Positions 14,101 to 26,100 of a DNA stretch of 64,000 nucleotides are shown piece after piece. This stretch comes from Bispira polyomma (taxonomy: Eukaryota), in the NCBI GenBank assembly GCA_965649765.1, contig OZ287752.1, positions 83,328,001 through 83,392,000 on the forward strand, written 5' to 3'. A program made the translations under genes and the position numbers. Under the pieces are notes generated by a model. That model was not told the origin of the DNA. It saw only the letters and a list, made by a program, of their open reading frames with translations, and searched no databases. Every line of letters starts with the position of its first letter. Position 1 is the first letter of the stretch.

Positions 14101-17100
14101 TTTTTTAAAATTAATTTATGTATCGTGTTTTTGATTCATGGACGATTAGGTGACAATTTACAGAAATAAAAGATAGACAATTACATCATTATAATTGACA
14201 AAAAAAGCCATGTTACATTAAAACTGCACTTCTGTTTGTGTTATTTCTCTCTAGGGTGTAAGTCAGGCTGGCAGGTCTTACAGTCGTGCCAGACTTACCG
14301 TGAAGGACGTGGACCCCAGGCCCCCACCCATCATCCACCAGGGCCCACAGAACCAGACCCTGCCCATCGACAGTGTGGCCATGTTGAGGTGTTCATCTAC
14401 CGGTGATCCCAGGCCAACCATTTCCTGGTTGAAGGACACCCATCTGATCAGTAAGAGTGACCCCAGGATCACTCAACTGGGCTCCGGGACCTTACAAATA
14501 TCTGGTGAGTGTGTGAGATAAGACAGATTCTATATATGACAAGCTTTTGTCTTTGATTCAGATAGGCTTAAAAAGTGTGGTCAAATCAGGGACTACACTT
14601 AGGAATGGCCATTTTCCTTCAAACTGGATGTTGATGCAAACGTTTATTATTTCTCCAGACATATGATTAAAGTTTCAGTACAGAAACAATATAGCAGATT
14701 TCAAGTACATTTAGGTAATATTAAGAACTACTTTATGTCTAACCAGCTGCTACCATATAGTTAAAGCATTTAGTGCCAAATATGATGAGAACATCCTCTA
14801 AGGCGCTGATATCTAAAAAGGGAAGGTCCAGGGGCAAGCAAAAAAGCCAGAGCAAGTCGAATATCACCTTTAAAAAGACGATTGGTTCATCCGAGTTATG
14901 TTTTGTTTATATTATTAAAAGAAGACAGGTAATTGTTGTTTACTGTACAGCAGTTTCTTAGTCTTATCTTCCCCGTCTGATTCTAAAGGAGTCAAGACAC
15001 TTTATATTCATCCCCTGTTACTCAGTAACATAAATCAGCTCCCTATGTCTAGGCTGAAATTCCAGACTTGTATTCAGCTGAATCGAGTGAAAGATTACAA
15101 CGGAAAGCTTTTTACACACTCATGGCGACAATTGAAAAAACAAAAAACCAATTTGAAGGTCAGCACAGTTTGTCAAGTCTCAGTAATTCCAGCCAGAGTA
15201 AACGTCAGTAAAATCTAAGATAAAAACACCAAAAAAGTCAGATATTTGAATACTTAGGGCACTCAGTAGAGTGCATACCTCCACCAAGATGCTATAGTGT
15301 CCACCACATAAAGTCTGGATCTGTGCCCTTCTACCCACCTGTATCTCCACCAAAGAATGGGTTATTTAAATAATAAAGGGTCAGATAATCGAGAGTCGGA
15401 TAATCTAGGGTCAGATAATCAAGGTTCTACTGTATTGGTTATTCACACTGCCAACTACACAAATTCTATATAAAAAAAAACGTCGTGTCATGGGGTATAA
15501 TGGTATGACGATTATTTCTTGCCTTGTGTTATATTGCCCCCCCCCCCCCCTCCCCTCATGGCTGTGAGAAAGTACTTTATATAGAATATGTAGTGCGGTG
15601 TCGTCTTTGGTGTGTATATGATTGTCGTGCAGTGGCGCATCGTCCTCTGTAGTGTAGTGTTGTGTAGTCGGCGGTTTGTAAGGCCCTTTAGAGCTGGAGT
15701 TTCTTTGAAATATTACCCGTCCCCCCACAAAAGAAGCCAGCCCTTATGAAATCTTATCAGTTGAGCCACCAGAGGCTGAGGTGCCAATAATACATTTAGT
15801 ACAGGCGGGCCCTTTTATTTAAGATGGATTATACACTAGACACTGGGGACAGACAATTACAGTGATCACCCCTATTTGTAGGAGTCAGTCTAGACAAGTC
15901 TCAGAGACAAGCTTTTAGGGTAATTTGTTCTCCCACTGTCAGCCTTTATAATCAGTTATCAAAAACAATAGCGGAATTGTCTGTATCACACTGAGGGTGT
16001 TGTGGGCTCCTCTATATATCCTAGATAAAAGACTAAAATAAATAAAAATCTCATACATATATGAAGATTTTAAAAACAGAATCCTGAAATAAATATTGGT
16101 AGCATTTTTGCAATGCAAAATTCCACATAATTATATTTTGTAGTCAAAGTGTAAAAGTTTACCAGTCAATGATACAGTTTCTTTGGGGGCTGAGTCTGTA
16201 GTTGAGACATATTTCATGTGTAGACCTTTTGTCTGGGATATAATAACACTGACTCTACAGTTATCACACTTGTGAGGTCATATTTAGAACTAGTTTGCCT
16301 CTTGAGGTTTTAAAGTAGTCTATGGTGTTTAAAAAACAACTGTTTATATTGTTTTACAGGATATTTTTACCGTTAATGGCTTCACCTTCAGTTTCTTATG
16401 TCTTCGATTCGTGGTAAATTTAGAAGGGTTGTTCCGATTATAACTTCAGAGATTAAATTTATTTACTTAAATGTACTTGAAATTTGCTGTAGATGCTCTA
16501 CTTAAACTACTTAATCATATTTCCTGGAGAAATTATCTGCATTTGCATCAATATACAGTTTAAAGGAAAAGGGGTCTTTTTCCATTCTTATGTGTCGTCT
16601 CAGATTTTTGTTATAAATTAAAAAAATTGTGATGTATCACAAAACAACGAAATATGGTTGAAAAACCACCAGACACAAATATTCACACTTTAAAGTTTAA
16701 ATTGGGTCTGGGGTATTTTTTTCAATGAAGTGTTAAGTTTGTTTATAATATTGTTAGAATGGGAGATGTCACCACAGATTAGGTAATGGTTGGTCTTTTT
16801 ATAGAAGTAAGTCAGATTGAATCTCACACTGCCGGCCTGTTGTTTGTATAAAACAATGCCTTGTGGAATCATTTGGGACAAATAGGCCAGGACAGTTTTT
16901 TGGTGTGGCTTTTTTTCATACGACACTTAAACACAAACTTTTGTATTAAAAACGGCTTCCATTACATGTATACAGTGATAAGGCTGTGTTTGTGTCTATT
17001 ATTAATGTGAAAATTCTTGGTCGTTAACAAATAATATTTTTGAAAACAGTTAATTAAGATGTGAAATACAATACCATTTTGAGTTTTTGTCCGAGATTGA

Positions 17101-20100
17101 GTGTATATATCTTGAATCCCTTGATGGAGTTTGTTGTTTTTCCCCGTCTTAGATTACTCGGGTTGCATTATGGGTGGCTATATCTTCTTGTAGGTTTATT
17201 AGCCTTAGGGTTATTGCTTCTCCTGATATTTTTATGGAGACAAAGGATCTCTGACCCAGAAAACACAGTCTGCTGTCTATAACAAAAACACTGGTAGTTA
17301 AAGTCACTTTGTGATGATCCCAGGTGTAGTTTTACTAAAGTGTAATGAGGATCGTTTGTAAGTTATTATACATCATTTATGACTTGCGACATTTCCTTCA
17401 GCAAAATCAAGTTTGACAATTTACAAAACAATTCCAAATCTGTCAAGTTGTAAAAATTGATAAGATTTTGCTTTAACCTTGTATTCTTTCGATATTTGTA
17501 CAGTATGTAGAGTCAAACACCAGGGCCTTATCCATAAAGGGACTTAGACAGGTCTTAGGCTTAAATCTAGCACAAAAGTATACTGATTAAGGCCTAAGAC
17601 TTGGCTAAGTCCCTTCGTGAATACAGACCCTGTTGACCACATATAGGGCGCCCTTAAAGCTGTAGGGATGACACTATTTATTAATGACCCCCAAAGGTTC
17701 TTTATTCAACCTCTAGAGATAGGACAGACAATGACAAGAGCACCTCCATTTTAAGTCTGTATTCCAACCTGCCTTTTATTTGGTAAGCACACAATAGGAT
17801 CCGATCTCAGGTCCTTTTACTTTCCTATAACAAGTATAACAGGTCACAGTGGTAAATAAAATGAAAGAAAAACAACCTTCAACAACAAAATAATGGTGGT
17901 GTTCACAAGAGCTGAATTGGGGACCTTCTGATCACCAGAACAACTCCCCCAAACTTGTGAGTTGCACTGGGGAGCTTCGTATTTAATTACTGTATTCCTT
18001 ACACTTGCTCTATTTGTAGACTTGAAGCAGTCAGATACTGGGATCTACACGTGTAGAGCTACTAGTGAGACTGGGGAGACTCTGTGGGATGCAGCATTAG
18101 TGGTGGAAGGTCAGCATTTACACTCTGTCATGTAGAAGTACTGTACAGTAAATCCCCTTTGAGTAGAACTCTCATTATTTCATTTTCCTTTTAATGTGTA
18201 GAAGAATTTGTAGTCCCACAAAAAAACCCTCTGTTGATATCCACCCTGTTGACTAAAAATCCTGCTAAAGTATAGGTATTTTTCCTGGTCCCTTGAGGTT
18301 TGACATTAACTTATCTTGTGTGTGTATTTTAGTGCCAAGCAACCCACAAGTGATCTTCCACCGGACTCCCGAACCCTCCACGTTTCCGGGGGCGCCTTCT
18401 AAACCTCAGGTAGAGAACATCGGGGAGAGGTCTATTACCTTGTCCTGGAAGGCAAACTCCAACCATGGAGCCTCACCGGTGTACGCGTATACTGTGGAGT
18501 ACTTTAGTCACGAAACGGGACAGGTAAGTGCAGAAAAGTATGGCCTGATTTAGAAATCAAAAGTCCAGTAGCCAACAAAAAAATCACCCAGAGAAGCATC
18601 AGGGGTGGTATTTATCAAAGGACTTAGTCTAGACACTGTCCTAAAACTGGCCCAAAGTATACTAGATCTATGACAAAGTCTCAGCTTAGCCTTTTTATAA
18701 GGTCCGCCCCCGGGTCAGGTAATAGTCTTTTAAGGAAGATAGGCTAGCCTCAAGAGATATGTATAAAGTTTGCATTCCATTGAGGCAGCAGTCATGATAC
18801 TAAGTAAGTTATCTGACTTTATTGTTCCTTTTGACCTTATACTCGGAGATCTCTATAACTTGTTGTAGTTGTTATTGAGGTCCATGATGCAAAGAATACC
18901 TAATATTCTATGCAAGGGCCCGTACGACCGACATGGCATATAACTCCAAGCCTCTCACCTCTCCATCTATATGGGACAGTTAGCAGTTGACTTGTGAAGG
19001 CTGGTGCTTTGCAGAACAGAAATATTAACAAGAAACCACTCTGTTCTGATTTCCTATCCCAATTAACTACCAGCCGTCTCATAATATGACTGTGGTGAAA
19101 ATGAGTTTAAATTCAAACTGAAGTAATCCTAGTCATACGACTATAATCTTTGTCACACGACTATAATGTTAGTCATACCACTATAATGTTAGTCATGTGA
19201 CTATAATGTTAGTCATACCACTATAATCCTAGGCATGTGACTATAATTTTAATCACAGCACTATAATCTTAGTTACTGAACCTTGAGCCTTCTATTATCT
19301 AAACAAACTCTTGCTCTGCCAACATGTTGGGCTGATAGAGGCCTGTACTGTATTTGTTTACTAAAGTAACTTTAGATACTAGAGATAGTTGTGTAGTAAC
19401 ACCTGTGTGTGATCCGTTTAAAGGGTTGGATTGTGGCCTCCGATAACATCCAGAACCAGGAGTTCACAGTCCAGGACTTACTGCCAGAGACACCCTACAT
19501 GTTTTTAGTCAGGGCCCAGAACTCGCACGGTCTGAGTCTGCCCAGTAGGGTGACCGACCCAATAACTACCAGAGGTGAGTGTACAGTGTTAATTCTACCC
19601 ATTGACCTACATTTTCTTAGTCAGGGCCCAGAACTCACATGGCCTGAGTCTGCCCAGTAGAGTGACCGACTCAATTACTACCAGAGGTGAATGTGGTACA
19701 GTGATGTATCTAGTCTTAATTTTACCCATTGACCTACATGTTCAGTTCAATGTACCATTACAGCGTAGAGACGTCCCTAAAGAAAGATATAAAACTTCTC
19801 TACTATAATCAGGCATACAGGTAATATCTGCTACATATTAACATTCACACAGAACACTGAGTACATAAAATGGACATTAACCCTAATATAAGGTGCTGGT
19901 TCAGTGAATTTTACAGTGTAAATATTATTCTATTTCTATTCATATCAGGTCTTGGGAGATCTGGACCCACTGATGTTGACCGAGCACTCATCACAGAGAA
20001 GTTGTCGTCTGATGAGCTCGTGGAGATCAATCTGGCGAATGTCATCAGTTCTACAGCCATTGAGCTCAAGTGGGAGGTATGTAGGAGACCATTCCCTCTT

Positions 20101-23100
20101 TTATAAAGCATCTTAATTCTCATCTTCTCAACAGCCTTTAATAATTATCCCTCTGTCTCCTTTGGCTGAAAGCTAATACTTTTTTTGATGAGAATTTAAG
20201 CATTTTACACCTAAAAACTACTGGATTAGATTAGACAAATGAAAATAATAATAATTGAAACATTTACATAGGGCCAAATTGATGAGAAAGTCCTCTAAGG
20301 CGCTGATATCCAAAAAAGGGATAGTAATTGATTAATTACTCAAACCCTCATAGACATCTGTCTTCCTGTTTATTTTTTGACATCTGTTTGTTTTGCTGGA
20401 AACATTTTCAAAGATTGATGCACTAAAACTTTGACTATAATAATTCGCAATACTAAAGTATCGACTAGATATATCAAGTACCATGTACCAAGTAAACAGA
20501 TATATACCAAATTAGCAAATAACTCTCCCTTTACCACCAATAATCCATTGTCTCACTGTTCCTTGCCCCCCCCCCCCACCCCTCCCTTTTAGGTCAGAAA
20601 GTTCAGTCGTTACATTGAGGGTTTCCACATCAAGTATCGGGTGATGCCCGACCCCTTGGATCGTATTGCGAGCGCCAGTCACAGCGACACGGAAAACAAC
20701 CACGGTCACGACCACTTTCACCACATCGAGTATACGATCGAGACAATCACGTCCAGCAGCCAGACCAGTTATACACTGAGGAACCTTAACAAGTACACAT
20801 GGTATGAGATCCGGATACAGCCCTTCTACCAGGACATCCAGGGACAAGAGAGTAACGCCAAACGTGTGAGGACACTACAGGACTGTAAGTATATAGAGTA
20901 TATAAGAAATCGGAAATTCACCACTGTCTATTTGAAATTCACCACCTAGAAAATGTTGTGTTTTTAGGGGATAAAAATTGTGGGTAACATATGCTGAAAT
21001 TTATATTTTTGTGTCCATTTTGCCTCACTTACTCTAAATTCTAAGGTTTTTGTTGCCAGTTTTTATTGATTTGGCTTGAATTTTGGTAGGTGGCAAATTT
21101 TAGATTCCTTACTCTTCACAGAGAACGCTCTCTATTGTACTAATCATGTATACCAGCACATTAAACACTCAGGCTTTCGGGGTTTCCCCTTTAACTTGGC
21201 TGTTTGTGTACTCTACTATTAATCTTAAGATCCAAAGAACCCTGGTTCTAATGCCAGCAGAGGTAAGAAGCTTTATAAGTTTACATGGTGGAGATCAGTT
21301 GAAAGATCCCCCAGCCCCCCACCCAGTCTCATAAGCCAAATGAGTTAGTAGAATCAGGATGTAGTATAAGACAAGGACAGGCTCATGAGGGAGTGGCGTG
21401 TAAGATCTGTAATATCTCTACTGCTAATTCAGCTAGGTTCGTTAGTGGGATAACATCCTTGAGCAAGATGTGAACACTCTTTTTATTGCGATAAATATCC
21501 TTACCTTATCCTCACTAAGTGTTTTTATTCATTTTGAATAATTGCTTGACCAAAAGTCTTTTTTATAAAGACTATTCTTGTTTCTTAATTTTTACTCTCA
21601 ACCCACAAAGAGGCCCGCGCATGCGCAGGAAGTGTTGTCACTTCTGTTAGCGCTAGCACGCCTCAGATTCATTTTGGTCGTCCGACTGATCAGACCTCCT
21701 TTTTGCTCGGCCAATTTACCATATTGACCGTTTTCAAGATAGGGTTTTCTTTTTTTATGAGTATTTGACTGTGGCATGGCGGGAAACGAACTGTTTTCTG
21801 TTTCCACCCAGAGGTTTGCCCCGAAGTGTGGACATGAGGTCTACTTTTTTGTCCATCATAGTCTTGCAGAGACAAGGGGCTTGAGGCTGATGTCTGTGTA
21901 ACTTCCAGTCCTGAGGACTGCTACATTTGTATGCAGATGACTTCTGACCAGACCAGACGTCTTCAGGCTTGGAAACTTAAGTTTCACAAGCTTCCTGCTA
22001 CTCACACCACAGATGATAGCCTTCTGGATGAGGAATCTCCACCTTCAACGAAGAAAGATGACCCTCTTCTACAAATACTAGCTGAGCTAGGTAAACTATC
22101 TGAACGTCTAGAGAAAGTAGAAGGTAGAGGCCGAGCCTCAAAAACCAGTACTTTCGGGAGAAATTATGATTTAGAAGAAGAATATCATGCTTCTAAATGT
22201 AGAAGGAAGAGATCTGAGTCACCCATGGATGATGACCAGACAAATGACCAGGCTGTCCATGTGGCAGAGAAATAGGAGGTCCCCTCTTATAGGTAATTTT
22301 TGGGGACAGTGAGATCTTTGCTGGAATTAGAAACACCATCAGAACCCAGCACCAAGCCTGCTAAAATCTTTGGAAACAGAGATAGAAGTACAAAATCGCC
22401 AGTTCTTCCCCTCATTCTGCCTCCAGCTTGACTAAGTGGTGTCTCGATGGAAATTTTATGAGACCGGGCTGCGGGTCTTCCCGATCCTAAGAACACTGAA
22501 GTTCTCGATTCAATGCCCATCAACAAAGGTAGTTTTATCAACTACTCGAGACCAGCCATGAGGTTCTACCGATCGACCTCTAATGCATTTTCGCTCACAG
22601 CGCCGAAGTGCCAGGACGCCTTCTAATGTATCATAGCGAAAAACACCACACAGCCTTATAACGTACAAATTCCAATGAAGCAGGGCGCCCAGATGGAAAC
22701 TGTGTTGAGGGAGAACGTTCTGGTACTGAGTTATGTATCACATTTTATAAGGGCTTTATACAAGACTCTTAGAATCTGACGCTAACTTACTAGCTTTGGC
22801 TGATTTAGTGAAGAATACTACCTTCAAGCCCAACCAGAATTGGTCAAAGGGGCATGGTACCGACTTCAAGAAGTCGTCCACTTACCAGGGCCAGACCAGC
22901 AGCACACGTGGTGGAAGAGGCAGTGGGCGGCGTACGTGACAATCAAAGATCTGGTGGGGGCCGCTAAGCAGGTATGGGAAAATTTAAAGTGCCATTCTCG
23001 AGTTGTGCAAATTCTGAGATACGGGTACCAAATATTGCCGAAAATTAGAATGTCGTTAATCAGACACCCGGATGTTTTGAGCAGTTACAAAGACAAAGAA

Positions 23101-26100
23101 AAGCAAGCGTTTCTCAAAGAATGTGTGGCCAAAATGCTAGAAAAACGAGTGATTTGCTAGTTAAACCATTCAACAACTTTGGGGTTTACAGCCTAATATT
23201 TCTAGTACCCAAACCTTTGAAAAAATTAGATTTGGGGAAAGTTCTTCACGGTTTCACAACACCGAAAATGGATATCTATTTGCAAATGGCTGTGACAAAA
23301 TTGTGTATAAGGATTACGACTACAGAACCCCTGGATGGGGTAAGTCTGGCTTTTATATCTCTTCTTTCGAGTTCAGTACTAATGGCGAGGTGAAGAGAGA
23401 ACTCGCCCTCTAGCTGTCCAAATCCACGTGGCGATGGGGCGGAGATTTGCGGATTTTGCAGCCTTTTCTAGCCGAAATTGGTACATTTTGGGCGTTTTAA
23501 CGTCTTCTCATATTCTTATAAATTCAAATATTCAGATTCGCAGAGATTCATAGAATTCGTAGCGAAGAATCATCACTCCATGGGCGATAATGGCAGATTT
23601 TTGGCAGTTACATGTTGGCGGAAGCAGTTTCGTCATTTTCATATCCTTGTTGATTCGGATTCGTCCATATTCGTCCCGGATTCGCTGTGCGGAACACCTG
23701 ACTCCTAATGACAGTCACTTACAAGACAGGTCTTGTCTTTTGCAGATCAATGAAATTTGCATTATTTCAGGCCATTTTTGTGTACTGGGTGGTGTTACAT
23801 GCTTATTTTCATATCCTTATGAATTCAGCTTGGCACAGATTCATCGGAGTCGCTGTCGTGAAGGATTGAATCCATGTGAACAGCATTCGATGGTTTCCAT
23901 TTTTCCTGGCAAGGGATTTTTACTTCGACTTGCATCTTTTGACCGTCAAATTCAAGCACTGCTTTTTGGAATTTCGACTGGTTTCGTCAATTTATTCAAA
24001 CAGAATTTTGAATCCTACACACTCGTTACTAAGGGTTTCGGATTCATCAGCCCCAGCTTGTCGACTGCCTAGCTGATTCGGTCTCCATCGCTAGTAGAAA
24101 GGTGAATTGAGATTCAATGATGTTATTTCCACAGTTCCACAATTGGACTTAGTGGTTACCTTTGGGGAATCAGAACTTCGGCCCAATCGACGATTGCTTT
24201 ATCGGCTACTTCTTCGATGTGAACAGGCATTGTATTTCCTACCCAACAGAAGTGTTTGATTTTGTCATAAGCCATGTTATTGGTGACAATTTCTCGATTC
24301 ATGATATCCAGAATGTTAAAGTCATTCATGGGTGTTGGCCAGTCTGGAGAGGACAGTATCATTCGGTACCTAAATCCATTTGACGATTTCCTCAGTCACT
24401 GGACATCCAGATACCGGTAACCGACCATTTAAGATACAATTTTTAATGGTGGGAATACCCTTAAATGTCTTGGTAGAGGAAGTTTTTGCATCCAAGAGAG
24501 CACAATCTTCTCTTATTTATAGACGCTTCCAACACAGGTTGGGCACATCCAACCGATTTGGCAGCCAGTGGTGTATGCTCAGGTCTAGACACAAGCTTGC
24601 CTAAAAATGTCCTTGAGTTGTAGGCAATCCTACTTGCACTCAAGGCATTTACCAGTCAGATACTGGGAATATAAGTTTCTCCTAGCCACGGACAGTGCTT
24701 AGTAGTAGCTTATCTGAACAAAGCAGGACCACACTCTTTAGAGCTGTGTCTCCTGGTTTGGTGGAAACACATTCAAAAACTGCAAACAGACCAGTTATGA
24801 ATGATGTAGCTCATTTGAACAGACAACAGGAACTCATTCTTTAGAGATGTGTCTCCTGGTTTGGTAGATACACATTAAAAAACTGCAAACAGACCAGTTA
24901 TGAATGATGTAGCTCATTTGAACAAACAACAGGAACTCATTCTTTAGAGATGCGTCTCCTGGTTTGGTGGATACACATTTAAAAACTGCAAACAGACCAG
25001 TTATGAATGATGGTCTAGCTAGGCATGACCTTGTTGTGGGATCTGGTGGACCTATCGGTCAGACCACCAGTTTTCATAACCAGTGGTCTTGTTGGCTCAG
25101 CCAACGTTTTGGCCACAGTTACCTACAGAATGTTCCATATCTGTATGTCCATGTTTGGGTACTAGAAAACAATTGAAACTGATTTTCAGTACTCAGATCA
25201 GTGGAGGATCTAATTAAGACACCTCAGAGACTATCCTCTAGACGAGTGTATGAATCGAGGTGGACCTTACCGTTCTTTCAACAGAGAAATCTAAAATCTG
25301 CAACTATGGATAGTTCTTAAACATCTTTTGCAGATCACTTGGGATTGGAAGGACTAGAAGTCTTGAAAAGTCTTGAACTGAATAGACTTTTAGCCAGTTT
25401 TTATAGTGACAAACCTGTGATAGATAGAGGTTTTCCTTCTTGGGACTTATCATTGGTACTATTAGCTTTGACCAAGCCTCCATTTGATCCTATGAAAGAG
25501 GCCTTTTTGAAACTGGTTTCTTTCTAAACCTTATTTCTTATTGCCTCAGGGAAGAGAAGAGGTGAACTTCATGCATGGACCTTCTCTTCTCTCAAGTTTA
25601 AACCACATTGGAATGTACATAGAGACAGTAGATAGAAAATAAATATATCCCAAACAGCAACTGGTTTCCTCACCATCTATACTTACCTTTACCTATCCTT
25701 TGGTCAAGCTCCTTAACTTATTAACACTAACTTCTATCACCCAAGTTTAGCTACTGAGACTTTTGTATCTCTCTTTCTTGTGTTTTGGTTCAGAACCAGT
25801 TGACTTCTCTAAGTCTAGACTTAGTTAAAGTTAAGCCTGTTCTTATCTCAGCTTTTAGGCTGTTGTTGGATGAAAGCTTCACTGGAGTTTTTCACCTCCT
25901 ATCTTCTGAGTTCTCTGAGATTCAATCTCAAGTGCCCTCAGGAGTTGCCTACAGGGGAAGTTTTAGCAAAGTTATACAAAGAATTACCTTTTCATCTTGG
26001 CTAAAACAGACAATCTTGTTGGCTTGTCAGTTTATAGACACTGCGATTGAGAACCTTTGTCAGGTTAAGGCACATAGTGAAGAGCTATGACTGCCTCTTT

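Noticed and set aside
14251-14263. ctag|GGT|GTAAGT as a 3-nt microexon
   Set aside because: Would be phase 0 into a phase-1 exon (frameshift); the sequence reads as conserved Ig4 coding (CQGVSQAG).
17061-17282. Hydrophobic TM-like 73-aa ORF
   Set aside because: T-rich intronic sequence with a non-ATG start and no splice or homology support.
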